Origin: Candidatus Poribacteria bacterium
GTDB lineage: Bacteria; Poribacteria; WGA-4E; WGA-3G
Length of the DNA stretch: 64,000 nucleotides
Direction of reading: 5' to 3'
NCBI GenBank assembly: GCA_965214095.1
Contig: OZ243938.1
Coordinates: 2,912,001 to 2,976,000 of the forward strand
Positions 1 to 8,526 of the stretch are shown here, in pieces. Position numbers and translations under genes: made by a program. The first letter of the stretch is position 1. Each line of letters begins with the position of its first letter. A model generated the notes under the pieces. The model searched no databases, was not told the origin of the DNA, and saw only the letters and a list, made by a program, of their open reading frames with translations.

Positions 1-1075
1 GCCACCCATCAACATTTCCGGACATCAGATTTGACAGGTCTGAACCGTCTAAACCATTGGGGATAGGAATGTCTGCCCTTGCACATAAGGTTGGGAATAG
101 GTCATTTAATTCGACAGGTGCGTTGACACGTCTGCCGTGTGTGTCTTCTGATCGTGTATCGTGGATAATGAGTGGCACGCGTGCTGCTGCCTCATAATAA
201 CTGGATTTCCACCATTGTCCATGCTCACCCGCCATCTCACCGTGGTCGGTGGTATAAACAATGATTGTATTGTCTAAGAACCCATCACGTTCCAAGATAG
301 TCAGTAAATCACCGACACATTCATCAAGAAATTCACAGCAGGCATAATAAGCGGCACGTGCCTTTCGAGTTTCTTCCTCATCAATAGCTGCAGTGTTGAA
401 GTTTTTTCGCAGTCCTTCCGCAAAGCGATGTGTCTGTTCCAAATGTCCTGGCGGGATGTTTGGCATGTCTATGTTGTCAGGATAGTATTTGTCCAGAAGT
501 CTTTTTGGAGCAGTCAACGGGAAATGCGGACGACTATAACTTGCAAGTAAGAACCACGGCTGGTCATCAGGTTGTGACCGAATATATTCAATTGTTTCTT
601 CATTGACCACCCGTTCTTGCAGTAGGCTTGTTGGGATTTGTGTGACACCTGCATCCTTTGTGCGATTTTGGTTGCCACTGAGTGGGTCGCGTTGATGTCC
701 CGCATTCCCACGCAGATCCCCATAAGGACGGGATTGGAAGCCGTGATTTTGTTCTTTTCCACCGAAGTGCATTTTTCCAACGAGTGCTGTAGCATACCCG
801 TGTTCTGCGAAATGTGCAGGCATTGTTAGATGTTCAGGGAATAAGATTGAACCGTTATTCCATGCGGAGCATCGGCGAGCGTATTTTCCTGTGAGCATGC
901 ACATCCGTGAAGGTGTGCAGAGCGGGAATTGGCAGTATGCGGCATCAAAATAGTTGCCTGCTGCTGCAAGGCGATCAAGGTGGGGTGTTTGGACAATATC
1001 GTTGCCTTCAAGTCCGATGGCGTGTGGACTGTGTTCATCACTTTGAAGAAATAGGATATTCGGTTTTTGTGCCAT
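1..1075 (-). CDS. Sulfatase (choline-sulfatase-like, Cys-type formylglycine motif); 3' end runs off the window
   Basis: Not in the ORF track because it has no stop in the window. Hand translation from ATG at 1075: MAQKPNILFLQSDEH...TPHLDRLAAAG...AYCQFPLCTPSRMCMLTGKY (CxPSR motif), later TIIVYTTDHGEMAGEHG and PVELNDLFPTL. AAGGAG lies upstream. Confidence 0.93.
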   Translation of the reverse strand, partial: MAQKPNILFLQSDEHSPHAIGLEGNDIVQTPHLDRLAAAGNYFDAAYCQFPLCTPSRMCMLTGKYARRCSAWNNGSILFPEHLTMPAHFAEHGYATALVGKMHFGGKEQNHGFQSRPYGDLRGNAGHQRDPLSGNQNRTKDAGVTQIPTSLLQERVVNEETIEYIRSQPDDQPWFLLASYSRPHFPLTAPKRLLDKYYPDNIDMPNIPPGHLEQTHRFAEGLRKNFNTAAIDEEETRKARAAYYACCEFLDECVGDLLTILERDGFLDNTIIVYTTDHGEMAGEHGQWWKSSYYEAAARVPLIIHDTRSEDTHGRRVNAPVELNDLFPTLCARADIPIPNGLDGSDLSNLMSGNVDGW

Positions 1076-1275
1076 ACTGTGGTCATCTCCTTATCTTGAG
1101 GACAATTCTGAGTTGATCTGTATTGCGATACATTTTGGAAGATATTCTTTGTGGGTATTCTATCTCTTTAGTTTACAGGAATATTCTATGTAATTCAAGC
1201 GGAAATATGACATGGCAGGTTTATTTAGTTTTCGATTTTTCTTGTCCTTTTTTCACAAATGCTAAATGCCTCAAG

Positions 1276-1398
1276 CCGGTAGGTTCGGTTTCCTAACCGC
1301 ACCTCAGCAATCTAACAAAGGTAGGCGAGGTTTCCTAACCTCGCCGACGTAGAGTGTTTAAGTAATTTCAAAATCTACTATAAGTCAATAATTTACCA
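1276..1398. repeat. Composite repeat: GTAG-type REP hairpin plus one end of the 103-bp TATAGT MITE
   Basis: ggtaggttcggtttcctaaccgcacc at 1278-1303. Bases 1320-1382 are the reverse complement of the left part of the elements at 20367 and 47589. The flanks ctcagcaat and tcaataatttaccata recur in the element at 7356-7458. Confidence 0.75.
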
Positions 1399-1496
1399 TA
1401 AACATTCAGATCGTAAATGATATGCCAATCCTTGCGGAAAGCTCAACCACAATTCACGGTAAGTAATTTTTGTATCCATTTCTCTGTTTCTCAATA

Positions 1497-1599
1497 TAGG
1501 GTGTACTAAAGATTTGAAAAACGCAAACATCCGATAAACCCGATACCTACGCAATTTAGTCAAAATTACAGATGTTCACTTTTTTAGTACCCACCCCTA
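1497..1599. mobile_element. Putative MITE with imperfect terminal inverted repeats
   Basis: tagggtgtactaaa ... tttagtacccacccta-like ends; non-coding; single copy in the window. Confidence 0.4.
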
Positions 1600-1633
1600 A
1601 TTTGATACCTATAATTTATTGTCAAATTACAAC

Positions 1634-1740
1634 TATTGGTTTGTCTACCTTAATTTTAAGGGTAATATGATCGTAGGGGCGAGGTCACCTCGCCCTCTTC
1701 CAAATCACATACCTGTAATTTTAGAGTGGACACTCCATTA
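1634..1740. mobile_element. MITE shell of the gtctac...tggacactccayta family carrying a single REP hairpin
   Basis: Ends tattggtttgtctac and gtggacactccatta match 17765-17803 and 26475-26603. The core contains gtaggggcgaggtcacctcgccct (1673-1696). Confidence 0.65.
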
Positions 1741-1796
1741 TTGCTTACCAAAATATCCGATATTTACTCAATTTACGTTAAATTACTAATTGGTAA

Positions 1797-1865
1797 AATT
1801 GGTAATTTTTTGATCGGAAAAACCCAGTCATAGACAGGATCCGTGTACAGAAAAAATTACCAATT
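1797..1865. repeat. Perfect 15-bp inverted repeat
   Basis: aattggtaatttttt (1797-1811) and aaaaaattaccaatt (1851-1865). Confidence 0.7.
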
Positions 1866-1923
1866 GCCTAAAAGTATCAACACTAAGCAAGTTTCAATAT
1901 TAAATGTGCACATTGTCCATTGA

Positions 1924-2003
1924 TAGCGGGCGGGGAAACCCCGCCCCTACGAACGCGGTAGCATCATCTGCCGAAAAAATCGGGGGTGGAAACCCCTCCA
2001 ACA
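1924..2003. repeat. Two REP-like hairpins
   Basis: gggcggggaaaccccgcccctac ending at 1950 (CTAC is the reverse complement of GTAG), and aatcgggggtggaaacccctccaaca at 1978-2003. Confidence 0.7.
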
Positions 2004-2052
2004 TGAGATGAGGTGCTTAATTGTGCCTAATGTTCAATGTGATCCAAGTATC

Positions 2053-4089
2053 TCAATGTGGGGGTGTTGCTTTTAGTTTGCCAACCCCCATCTGAATTGC
2101 AGGGAGGACGGTGTTTGAGATGTTTGCGGTATAATCAAAGATAGTCCAGCCGGACGCGCCTAAGAATCGAGCGAGGTGTATCTGACCAACCACTGCATCG
2201 GGGGTTAGGAGTGAATTGGACGCAGTTGCACCGATACCAGGATAGATTGCGACATCTTTTGGCATAAGGTCAAGTTGATTTTCTAACAGGTCGGTAAAAT
2301 ACTTGGAGTCTTCGGTGTAGTTCATCGGACAAACGAAGTCTATATATCCCGCTTTTGCCCATGCAATCCAATCCTGTCCAATGGAGGTTACGCATGAAGG
2401 GTAGCCACCAAAGACAGCAGTTGAAATCTTGATGTCAGGTTTTATGGTCTTCGCTCTTTTGTGGATTAAACGGACTAATCGGGTAATCTGTTGTGCACGC
2501 CAGTCAATATAAGCTTGACCATGTTCTCCCGATTTTGGTAAAACGGATGCGGGGAAGTCTTTGATGACTTGTCTGGTAGCGAGTGTAAATCTTTTTTTAC
2601 ATTCTTGGCAGAAGCAGGCACGGCTGCCCGGATATCGGATATAATCCAGATGGATACCATCAACATCGTAGTTCTGGACGATTTCTATGATAGTGTTTAG
2701 TTCTAACTTGACATTTTCTGGATGTGATGGACAGAGCCAGTTGATCGTTTCGCTTTTATCAGATACTTGCGTGCGACCTTCCTTTTGCATTTTCTCTGCA
2801 AATTCCTTCGGTGCACCTTCCAAATTCCATGTTATTTTCCATACGTGAACTTCCATATTGTGTTTGTGTGCGGCTTCCACGCACTGCGCGATTTGATCGC
2901 CGTATTGTTTGAACTTATTGCTCTGAGGCAACACTTTGCTATCGTAATGTGCTACACCTGCCCATGCCATATTTGGGAGAATCATGTTGATGCCAGCAAT
3001 GGCTAATTCTTTTATGGAACGTTCCCAATCCCCTGGATATGCCCCCAGACCAGAATGATTCCACAACCCGCGTCCTTCTGTTGCATCGCTGTGATGAGAT
3101 AGATTATATGCTTTTGATAATGCATCGTGGCTTTGACGTGCTGCTGTCATAGAGGCGTGATATTCTTTTTGTGCGTATTTTGTCCGTGCTTGTGTTGTCA
3201 ATGTTTTTCCTGATTGTAATGCCTCTCTTGCTTCAGAAACTTCACCGAATGCTACAAATTTGGTTAGGTGATTCAGATTGTTGATATGTCCAACAGTGGT
3301 CATTCCATCCAATTCGCGTTTTGCGATTGCATGCTGAAATTCTGGTACGAGATGACCGAGAAGTGCTGCGAGGAGTTGCGTTTTTGTTTGGATATCGTCA
3401 GGTAGAAAGACATGGCTGAAAAACGCGCCTTTATTGTTTAGAAAGAGAGCGGGATGACCTGCCGGTTGTCCATCTTTATTGTGCCAATGTCCGATAATTC
3501 TTGTTTCTGGATCTGTTGATTCTGCTACTGTGATGTTCCACGAAGTCTGCCGCACAGATTTTGGGATTCCTAATACTTCTGGTGCATCAATTTGAACGGA
3601 TGCGAACTGTCCTGGGGGGTCTGCGCGTAACCATTTTATGCTACGTAGATTCATAAGTTGTGCGATTTCATCGGCGAGATTATAGGTTACAAATAGTTTC
3701 CCACCGCGTTGGACGAAGTTTTTAAGAAGACTAGCAGTTTCAGGTCTGATCTTGGGGTTCAAGGGAAGGATTATCAACCGATATGGATTGGCTGAGGTCT
3801 CTTTTAGACGTGAGTCGTTGGCAGCGGTTGCCTCATCCATTTGGACTGCGGAAAAACCGAAACTACTGAGCATACGTACGAACCGTTTGCTGACTGTTCG
3901 GGCATAGTTAACATCACCTTCTGGAACACCAGATGCTGTTGATGGTAAGAGGATGGCGATATCTGATTGTTGTGCGGCGGTATCGGTTAATACGCCTGCG
4001 GAACATAAAAGGATTATGATGAGTGCAAGTATTATGTTCTTAGGAAAGATGTTGAAACCTGTTTTTTGAAATGGCATGTTTAGATCCAT
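2053..4089 (-). CDS. Exported glycoside hydrolase-like family 10 (GHL10/DUF187, YddW/DigH-like) with an N-terminal class I GATase-like domain
   Basis: Signal-like hydrophobic N-terminus; GRGLW, AHKHNMEVHVW, WLCPSHPE, YDVDGIHLDYIRYP, QDWIAWAKAGYIDFVCPMNY are GHL10 motifs. Confidence 0.85.
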   Translation of the reverse strand: MDLNMPFQKTGFNIFPKNIILALIIILLCSAGVLTDTAAQQSDIAILLPSTASGVPEGDVNYARTVSKRFVRMLSSFGFSAVQMDEATAANDSRLKETSANPYRLIILPLNPKIRPETASLLKNFVQRGGKLFVTYNLADEIAQLMNLRSIKWLRADPPGQFASVQIDAPEVLGIPKSVRQTSWNITVAESTDPETRIIGHWHNKDGQPAGHPALFLNNKGAFFSHVFLPDDIQTKTQLLAALLGHLVPEFQHAIAKRELDGMTTVGHINNLNHLTKFVAFGEVSEAREALQSGKTLTTQARTKYAQKEYHASMTAARQSHDALSKAYNLSHHSDATEGRGLWNHSGLGAYPGDWERSIKELAIAGINMILPNMAWAGVAHYDSKVLPQSNKFKQYGDQIAQCVEAAHKHNMEVHVWKITWNLEGAPKEFAEKMQKEGRTQVSDKSETINWLCPSHPENVKLELNTIIEIVQNYDVDGIHLDYIRYPGSRACFCQECKKRFTLATRQVIKDFPASVLPKSGEHGQAYIDWRAQQITRLVRLIHKRAKTIKPDIKISTAVFGGYPSCVTSIGQDWIAWAKAGYIDFVCPMNYTEDSKYFTDLLENQLDLMPKDVAIYPGIGATASNSLLTPDAVVGQIHLARFLGASGWTIFDYTANISNTVLPAIQMGVGKLKATPPH

Positions 4090-4130
4090 GAGTATCGGGG
4101 TAAGAAACCCTCCAACAATTGGGAAATGGG

Positions 4131-5540
4131 TTAACGTTTCGTTGCTGCAAAAAACTTGGGGTTTTGTTTAGTGTTCTTGCTAATTTGTTGCGTGTTTCCC
4201 AAGAACTTTTCAACGCCTCTGACGATAGCATCTGTGAGTTTTTGTTGATATGCATCGGATGTAAGTTTCTTGCCTTCAGTTGGATTCGTTACAAAACCTG
4301 TTTCAATCAGGATGGCAGGGACACGTGTTCCGATAAGCACGACAAAACGTGCATGTTTAACGCCACGATCTGTTGCACCTGTTGCTGTGACCAATTCTCG
4401 TTGCACATGTGTTGCTAATCTGCGACTATCCTCACTCTTACTTTCTACGATCAATCCTTTCAACAGCGATTCCAATTCTTGAATACTATATCCTGAGTTT
4501 GCGTTTTCGCGTGCTGCGATGAGTTCAGATTCTTTGTCTGTGCTGGTAACATCCAAATAATAGGTTTCAATTCCGTGCGCGCTTGAATTTCCACTTGCAT
4601 TTGCATGAATGCTCAAAAATAGATCTGCCTTGTTTTTTGTGGCGTAAGTCGTTCTTTCTTTTAGTGGTATGTATCGGTCAGTGTCCCGTGTCAGTAGTAC
4701 TGTATAACCTTTTGCCGTTAATATAGCCCCTACTTTCTTTGAAATGCTGAGTGCGATGGGTTTTTCAAATAGATTACCTGCCCCGATTCCACCGGGGTCT
4801 TTGCCACCGTGTCCTGCATCAATGACAATCGTTTTCGCGGATAAACCGAATTCTTGTGTGAGAGTGCCAGGAGTTAACGGGTTTGTGTTGGTTTCGTCAG
4901 GTTTTGGAATGACTACTGGTTTCGGTTGTGGTGTAGATGTTTTCTGAGGAGATTTTAATGTTTCAAGTTCTTCAGTTGCGGTGTTTACGATTTCCTTTTG
5001 TTTTGCAGTTTCAATGATGTCTACATAAAGGGTTTCAGCGCGTGTTTCGTATCCCTCATCTGCATAAGTTCGTCCTAAAGCCAACTTTGCATTTGCTGCA
5101 ACATCTGATTCTGCATATCGGTCAATAACAATCTGGTAGTGGTGTGCTGCACGTGCGGTGTCGCCAATCAGTGTGTAGCATTGCGCAAGCCAATAGTGTG
5201 CTTGCGGTAATTGTTTTGAATCTGAATATGTGTAAATCAGTCTTCTGAAGGCGGAGATGGCGCGTTGCGGTGCTTCTGTATCTCCTGCTTTGATACACCA
5301 CACCCAGCTGGATGCGATTGCATATTGTGTTGCATCTGCAGTGTCGCTTTCAGTATCTGAGCGAAGATGGTGCTCAAGTTCTGTTATGAGGGTATGCCAC
5401 TCCTCAAGGGTTGCCTGTTTCTCTCCGCTCGTATAATCGTAGTGGCGATTTGCTAAATCATTATAACTAATTGTAGTGGCACATCCGGTGAGTAGTATTA
5501 TGAATAAGAGTATAATTGTCCATAGGTAACAAGGTCTCAC
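4131..5540 (-). CDS. N-acetylmuramoyl-L-alanine amidase (Amidase_3) fused to an N-terminal TPR lipoprotein region
   Basis: GTG start with GGAGGAG RBS; lipobox LTGC; BamD/CpoB-like TPRs; catalytic motifs IDAGHGGKDPG, EK, FLSIHAN, ILIETGFVTN. Confidence 0.92.
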   Translation of the reverse strand: MRPCYLWTIILLFIILLTGCATTISYNDLANRHYDYTSGEKQATLEEWHTLITELEHHLRSDTESDTADATQYAIASSWVWCIKAGDTEAPQRAISAFRRLIYTYSDSKQLPQAHYWLAQCYTLIGDTARAAHHYQIVIDRYAESDVAANAKLALGRTYADEGYETRAETLYVDIIETAKQKEIVNTATEELETLKSPQKTSTPQPKPVVIPKPDETNTNPLTPGTLTQEFGLSAKTIVIDAGHGGKDPGGIGAGNLFEKPIALSISKKVGAILTAKGYTVLLTRDTDRYIPLKERTTYATKNKADLFLSIHANASGNSSAHGIETYYLDVTSTDKESELIAARENANSGYSIQELESLLKGLIVESKSEDSRRLATHVQRELVTATGATDRGVKHARFVVLIGTRVPAILIETGFVTNPTEGKKLTSDAYQQKLTDAIVRGVEKFLGNTQQISKNTKQNPKFFAATKR

Positions 5541-5699
5541 TGTTTTTCTCCTCCGCTTGTTTTTATTTGAAGTCGTCCGTGGACTTTACTTCTGGTAAGC
5601 GGGTATATGTATGTCTTTGTCCTTCTTAATATTTTCTATCATGATTTAAAACGAAAAGATGGGTGGTTTCGTTACTAAAATGGTTTGTGAGGACTCTAA

Positions 5700-5862
5700 T
5701 TGTCTGAACCAGGATTTTCAGGATTAGTAGATTCACAGGATTATGAGTTTGGCTCTCCAAAGTTCCTATTCCCAAGTTGACGTTCATTTTTTGGATGAGA
5801 TTTTGATGTTTCAGACTCTTATCCTGAAAATCCTATAATCCTGTAAATCCTGGTTCAGACAA
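5700..5862. repeat. Long inverted-repeat element built from about 9-nt (A)GGATT/AATCCT units
   Basis: ttgtctgaaccaggattttcaggatta ... taatcctgtaaatcctggttcagacaa. Confidence 0.75.
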
Positions 5863-5900
5863 GTGACAAAAACTTTACACACCCCGAATGCAATTTCAGA

Positions 5901-5930
5901 TTGACATAGGATTATAAGGTGTAGTACAAT
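5901..5930 (+). promoter_or_regulatory. sigma70-type promoter for the PhyH gene
   Basis: TTGACA, 18-nt spacer, TACAAT; very similar to the promoter at 32121. Confidence 0.6.
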
Positions 5931-5994
5931 AATTCACAAGTATATTTCATGTCGTATAACATCTCTATTCGCTCTATAACCACTCACACGTATT

Positions 5995-6130
5995 TATAGT
6001 GAAATGTAAAAATACGTGCACATCCCCGGTAGATGCGGTTTCCTAACCGCATCTATGAGCCTGAACAAACACCGGTTCGGTTAGGAAACCGAACCTACCG
6101 TCGTGTGTAAATAATTATATTTTTACTATA
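5995..6130. mobile_element. 136-bp TATAGT...ACTATA MITE carrying an inverted REP doublet
   Basis: Near-identical reverse-complement copy at 54362-54499; core ggtagatgcggtttcctaaccgca ... ggttcggttaggaaaccgaacctacc. Confidence 0.85.
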
Positions 6131-6190
6131 ATTGATTTATATCTGAAGAATGATGTGAATATTCACGTCTAACGATAACTGGGATAAGTA

Positions 6191-7009
6191 ATGGCATTTC
6201 AACTTCAAGATTATATGGTGAATGAATACCTCTCGCGAGGTTACCTTGTTTTTCGTGGGATTGTTCCAACCGCTTTACTGACGGATTTACGTCGGGAAGC
6301 GGAGAAGGCACGAGACTTAGCACATAAACTTAATGGTCCTCAGACACAACGGATTCAGCCACTTTCTAACTATGGTGATGACTTAGATTTGAAACCCTTT
6401 TATGACTATACGGAATTACCTGAACTTCGAGATGCTGTGCAGCAACTACTTGGAGACGACTATACGCATGGACATGTAGACATAATGGGTTTGCTTGTTG
6501 AGCCACTTGAACATCCTTGGCATATCGGTTGGCATCGTGATGGTGTGGTAGAGGTGCCACCTGAAGCGCGTGATGAAACTGTAGTCGCTAAACTTGCAGA
6601 AGTGTGGCATGATCTCCGTCATTTTAATCAGGTAAATTGTGCGATTTATGCGGATTCTTGCACTTGGTTTGTTCCGGGTAGCCATCTACGGCAATGGGAC
6701 ATGCCGGGTGAAGAACAATCTACGGGTAATCCTGCGTTGCGTAAACCTGCTGAAGGGCAATCTAATGTGGAAGCGGAACGGTTTTGTTTGGAACATTGTC
6801 AGCAATTTCCTGGTGCTGTTCAGGTCCATTTGGGACCTGGAGACTTTATGATCTATCGTAATTTGGCATGGCACACAGGCAACTATATCACTTATCAACC
6901 GCGCGCGACAATCCACGATGTTGTTCGATATAATGGTGATAAAGATTGGATAGATTGGCAGCAGACAAAGATTGATGCTGTTAATCGTTGGAAAGAAAAA
7001 GAAAAATAG
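6191..7009 (+). CDS. Phytanoyl-CoA dioxygenase (PhyH) family 2OG-Fe(II) oxygenase
   Basis: YLSRGYLVFRG, WHRD (HxD), FVPGSH, LGPGDFMIY...WH. Confidence 0.88.
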   Translation: MAFQLQDYMVNEYLSRGYLVFRGIVPTALLTDLRREAEKARDLAHKLNGPQTQRIQPLSNYGDDLDLKPFYDYTELPELRDAVQQLLGDDYTHGHVDIMGLLVEPLEHPWHIGWHRDGVVEVPPEARDETVVAKLAEVWHDLRHFNQVNCAIYADSCTWFVPGSHLRQWDMPGEEQSTGNPALRKPAEGQSNVEAERFCLEHCQQFPGAVQVHLGPGDFMIYRNLAWHTGNYITYQPRATIHDVVRYNGDKDWIDWQQTKIDAVNRWKEKEK

Positions 7010-7052
7010 AATAAATGATTTCACGCAGAATTCAATACATAGGAGACAAAAT

Positions 7053-7154
7053 ATGATGATTGGCCATTGGGAACTCATTATTGTATTCGTAGTTGGTTGC
7101 TTTTTCGTTGGTGCGATACTTTCAGTAGTGGCACTTGCAAAACGTAAAGACTAA
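7053..7154 (+). CDS. 33-aa single-TM microprotein, copy 1 (TatA-like N-terminus)
   Basis: AGGAGACAA RBS then ATG at 7053: MMIGHWELIIVFVVGCFFVGAILSVVALAKRKD. Confidence 0.7.
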   Translation: MMIGHWELIIVFVVGCFFVGAILSVVALAKRKD

Positions 7155-7234
7155 TAATTAATAGTAATGGTAAAATCAGAATAAGTTAAAAACATAGAGA
7201 TTTATATTTTCTGTACCAAAAGGAGACAATTAAT

Positions 7235-7336
7235 ATGGGTATTGGTGGTATGGAACTCATTATTGTATTCGTAGTTGGTTGCTTTTTCGTTGGTGCGATA
7301 CTTACAGTAGTGGCACTTATAAAACGTAAACAGTAA
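7235..7336 (+). CDS. 33-aa single-TM microprotein, copy 2
   Basis: AGGAGACAA RBS then ATG at 7235: MGIGGMELIIVFVVGCFFVGAILTVVALIKRKQ; absent from the ORF track because of its length. Confidence 0.72.
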   Translation: MGIGGMELIIVFVVGCFFVGAILTVVALIKRKQ

Positions 7337-7355
7337 GAGATACATAACCTACGAC

Positions 7356-7458
7356 TATAGTGAAGCATAGAATTATATCTACACTTTCTATCAACGGTAG
7401 GCGAGGTTTCCTAACCTCGCCTCAGCAATGTGTAGAATTAATTCAATAATTTACCATA
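7356..7458. mobile_element. TATAGT-type MITE variant with a single REP hairpin
   Basis: tatagtgaa ... ggtaggcgaggtttcctaacctcgcc ... tttaccata. Confidence 0.65.
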
Positions 7459-7518
7459 ATATAGTGAACTCACGTTATATTCAATCGGGGTTGGAAACCC
7501 CTCCAACAAGAGGATATT

Positions 7519-8334
7519 ATGGAGCAGAAATTTACAATAGAACCACCTGGCGAAGTTAAAGACCACCCGTTTCCGCCAACCCGACCTGATATAAAGATAG
7601 TTGAAAGTTCGGATAAAATACATGAGGTAGATTGTCAGGAGTTGCAGTGGTGGTTGATGATTCCAAAGATGGGTGAACGTTGTATGTGGGCAGAATATGA
7701 TGGTGAAACACAGCAATTGGATGCTGTGACTGAGATGATACCGACGATGCCTGCAATTATACGGGGTATTGACTGCGTTGAAGTCCAGTTCAAGGAATAC
7801 CTTGCGAATGATTGGCCTCCAGCTCCAGATTTGATGTATGTTACGATTGATGAGACGCACACGAGATGGATTTCAGTTGTAATGACCTTAGATGGTAGAA
7901 GGATTTACAATACAATTGGAGAGGACTTTTTTGAAGACCAATGGGGACCTGATGGTAAACGCCATATTGTTGATGACGGACGGTATGAATTACAATCCGA
8001 TGGATCCTACAAAACCACAGATGGCGTAGGGATAGGTGCTGGAACGTATGATGTGACGATAGGTGAGAATACCTTTCACTGTCTCCGTGTTTTAGAGCCA
8101 GATCTAACCGCTGAACATGGCGGGGAAATGTGTGAAGTATATATAGAAGAGGGTGGTCGTACCGTTTTCTTTAGACGGTATGATGGACGATATTTACGTG
8201 GTGATTTGCTCGAAAAGTTTCCAAACAATCGTCGTATTGTGATTGATGACATCACCTATATCCATAGTAATTGTACAGGTTGGTTTCACGATACAATTAC
8301 GTTGGCATCACTTGGCATAACTGGTAATGAATAA
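7519..8334 (+). CDS. Hypothetical protein, possibly related to C-terminal extensions of some ECF sigma factors
   Basis: 271-aa ORF with GAGGA RBS; family resemblance is from recall only. Confidence 0.75.
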   Translation: MEQKFTIEPPGEVKDHPFPPTRPDIKIVESSDKIHEVDCQELQWWLMIPKMGERCMWAEYDGETQQLDAVTEMIPTMPAIIRGIDCVEVQFKEYLANDWPPAPDLMYVTIDETHTRWISVVMTLDGRRIYNTIGEDFFEDQWGPDGKRHIVDDGRYELQSDGSYKTTDGVGIGAGTYDVTIGENTFHCLRVLEPDLTAEHGGEMCEVYIEEGGRTVFFRRYDGRYLRGDLLEKFPNNRRIVIDDITYIHSNCTGWFHDTITLASLGITGNE

Positions 8335-8526
8335 ATAGAATAGTTCTTACACAAAATTCTTGATTTTTTCAATAATTCAGACAAAGGCGGGGCACAGAGA
8401 CCTCGCACTACAATGTGTAGGCAGAAATAGTCCTATCCTTTCTAACAAATACGTCTCAAATATTATATAAACCACATTCACCATTTTTCCATGTAAGAAA
8501 TACGTATAACTCAAGGAGAATGCCCG

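Noticed and set aside
514-1116. Four short track ORFs (514-795, 638-829, 826-1086, 907-1116)
   Set aside because: They are alternative frames over the sulfatase, which starts at 1075 and runs off the window.
6972-7052. 60-aa version of microprotein 1
   Set aside because: It overlaps the PhyH gene; the RBS and the paralogue point to ATG 7053.
7053-7336. Calling the microproteins tatA
   Set aside because: No FG hinge, amphipathic helix or neighbouring tatC.
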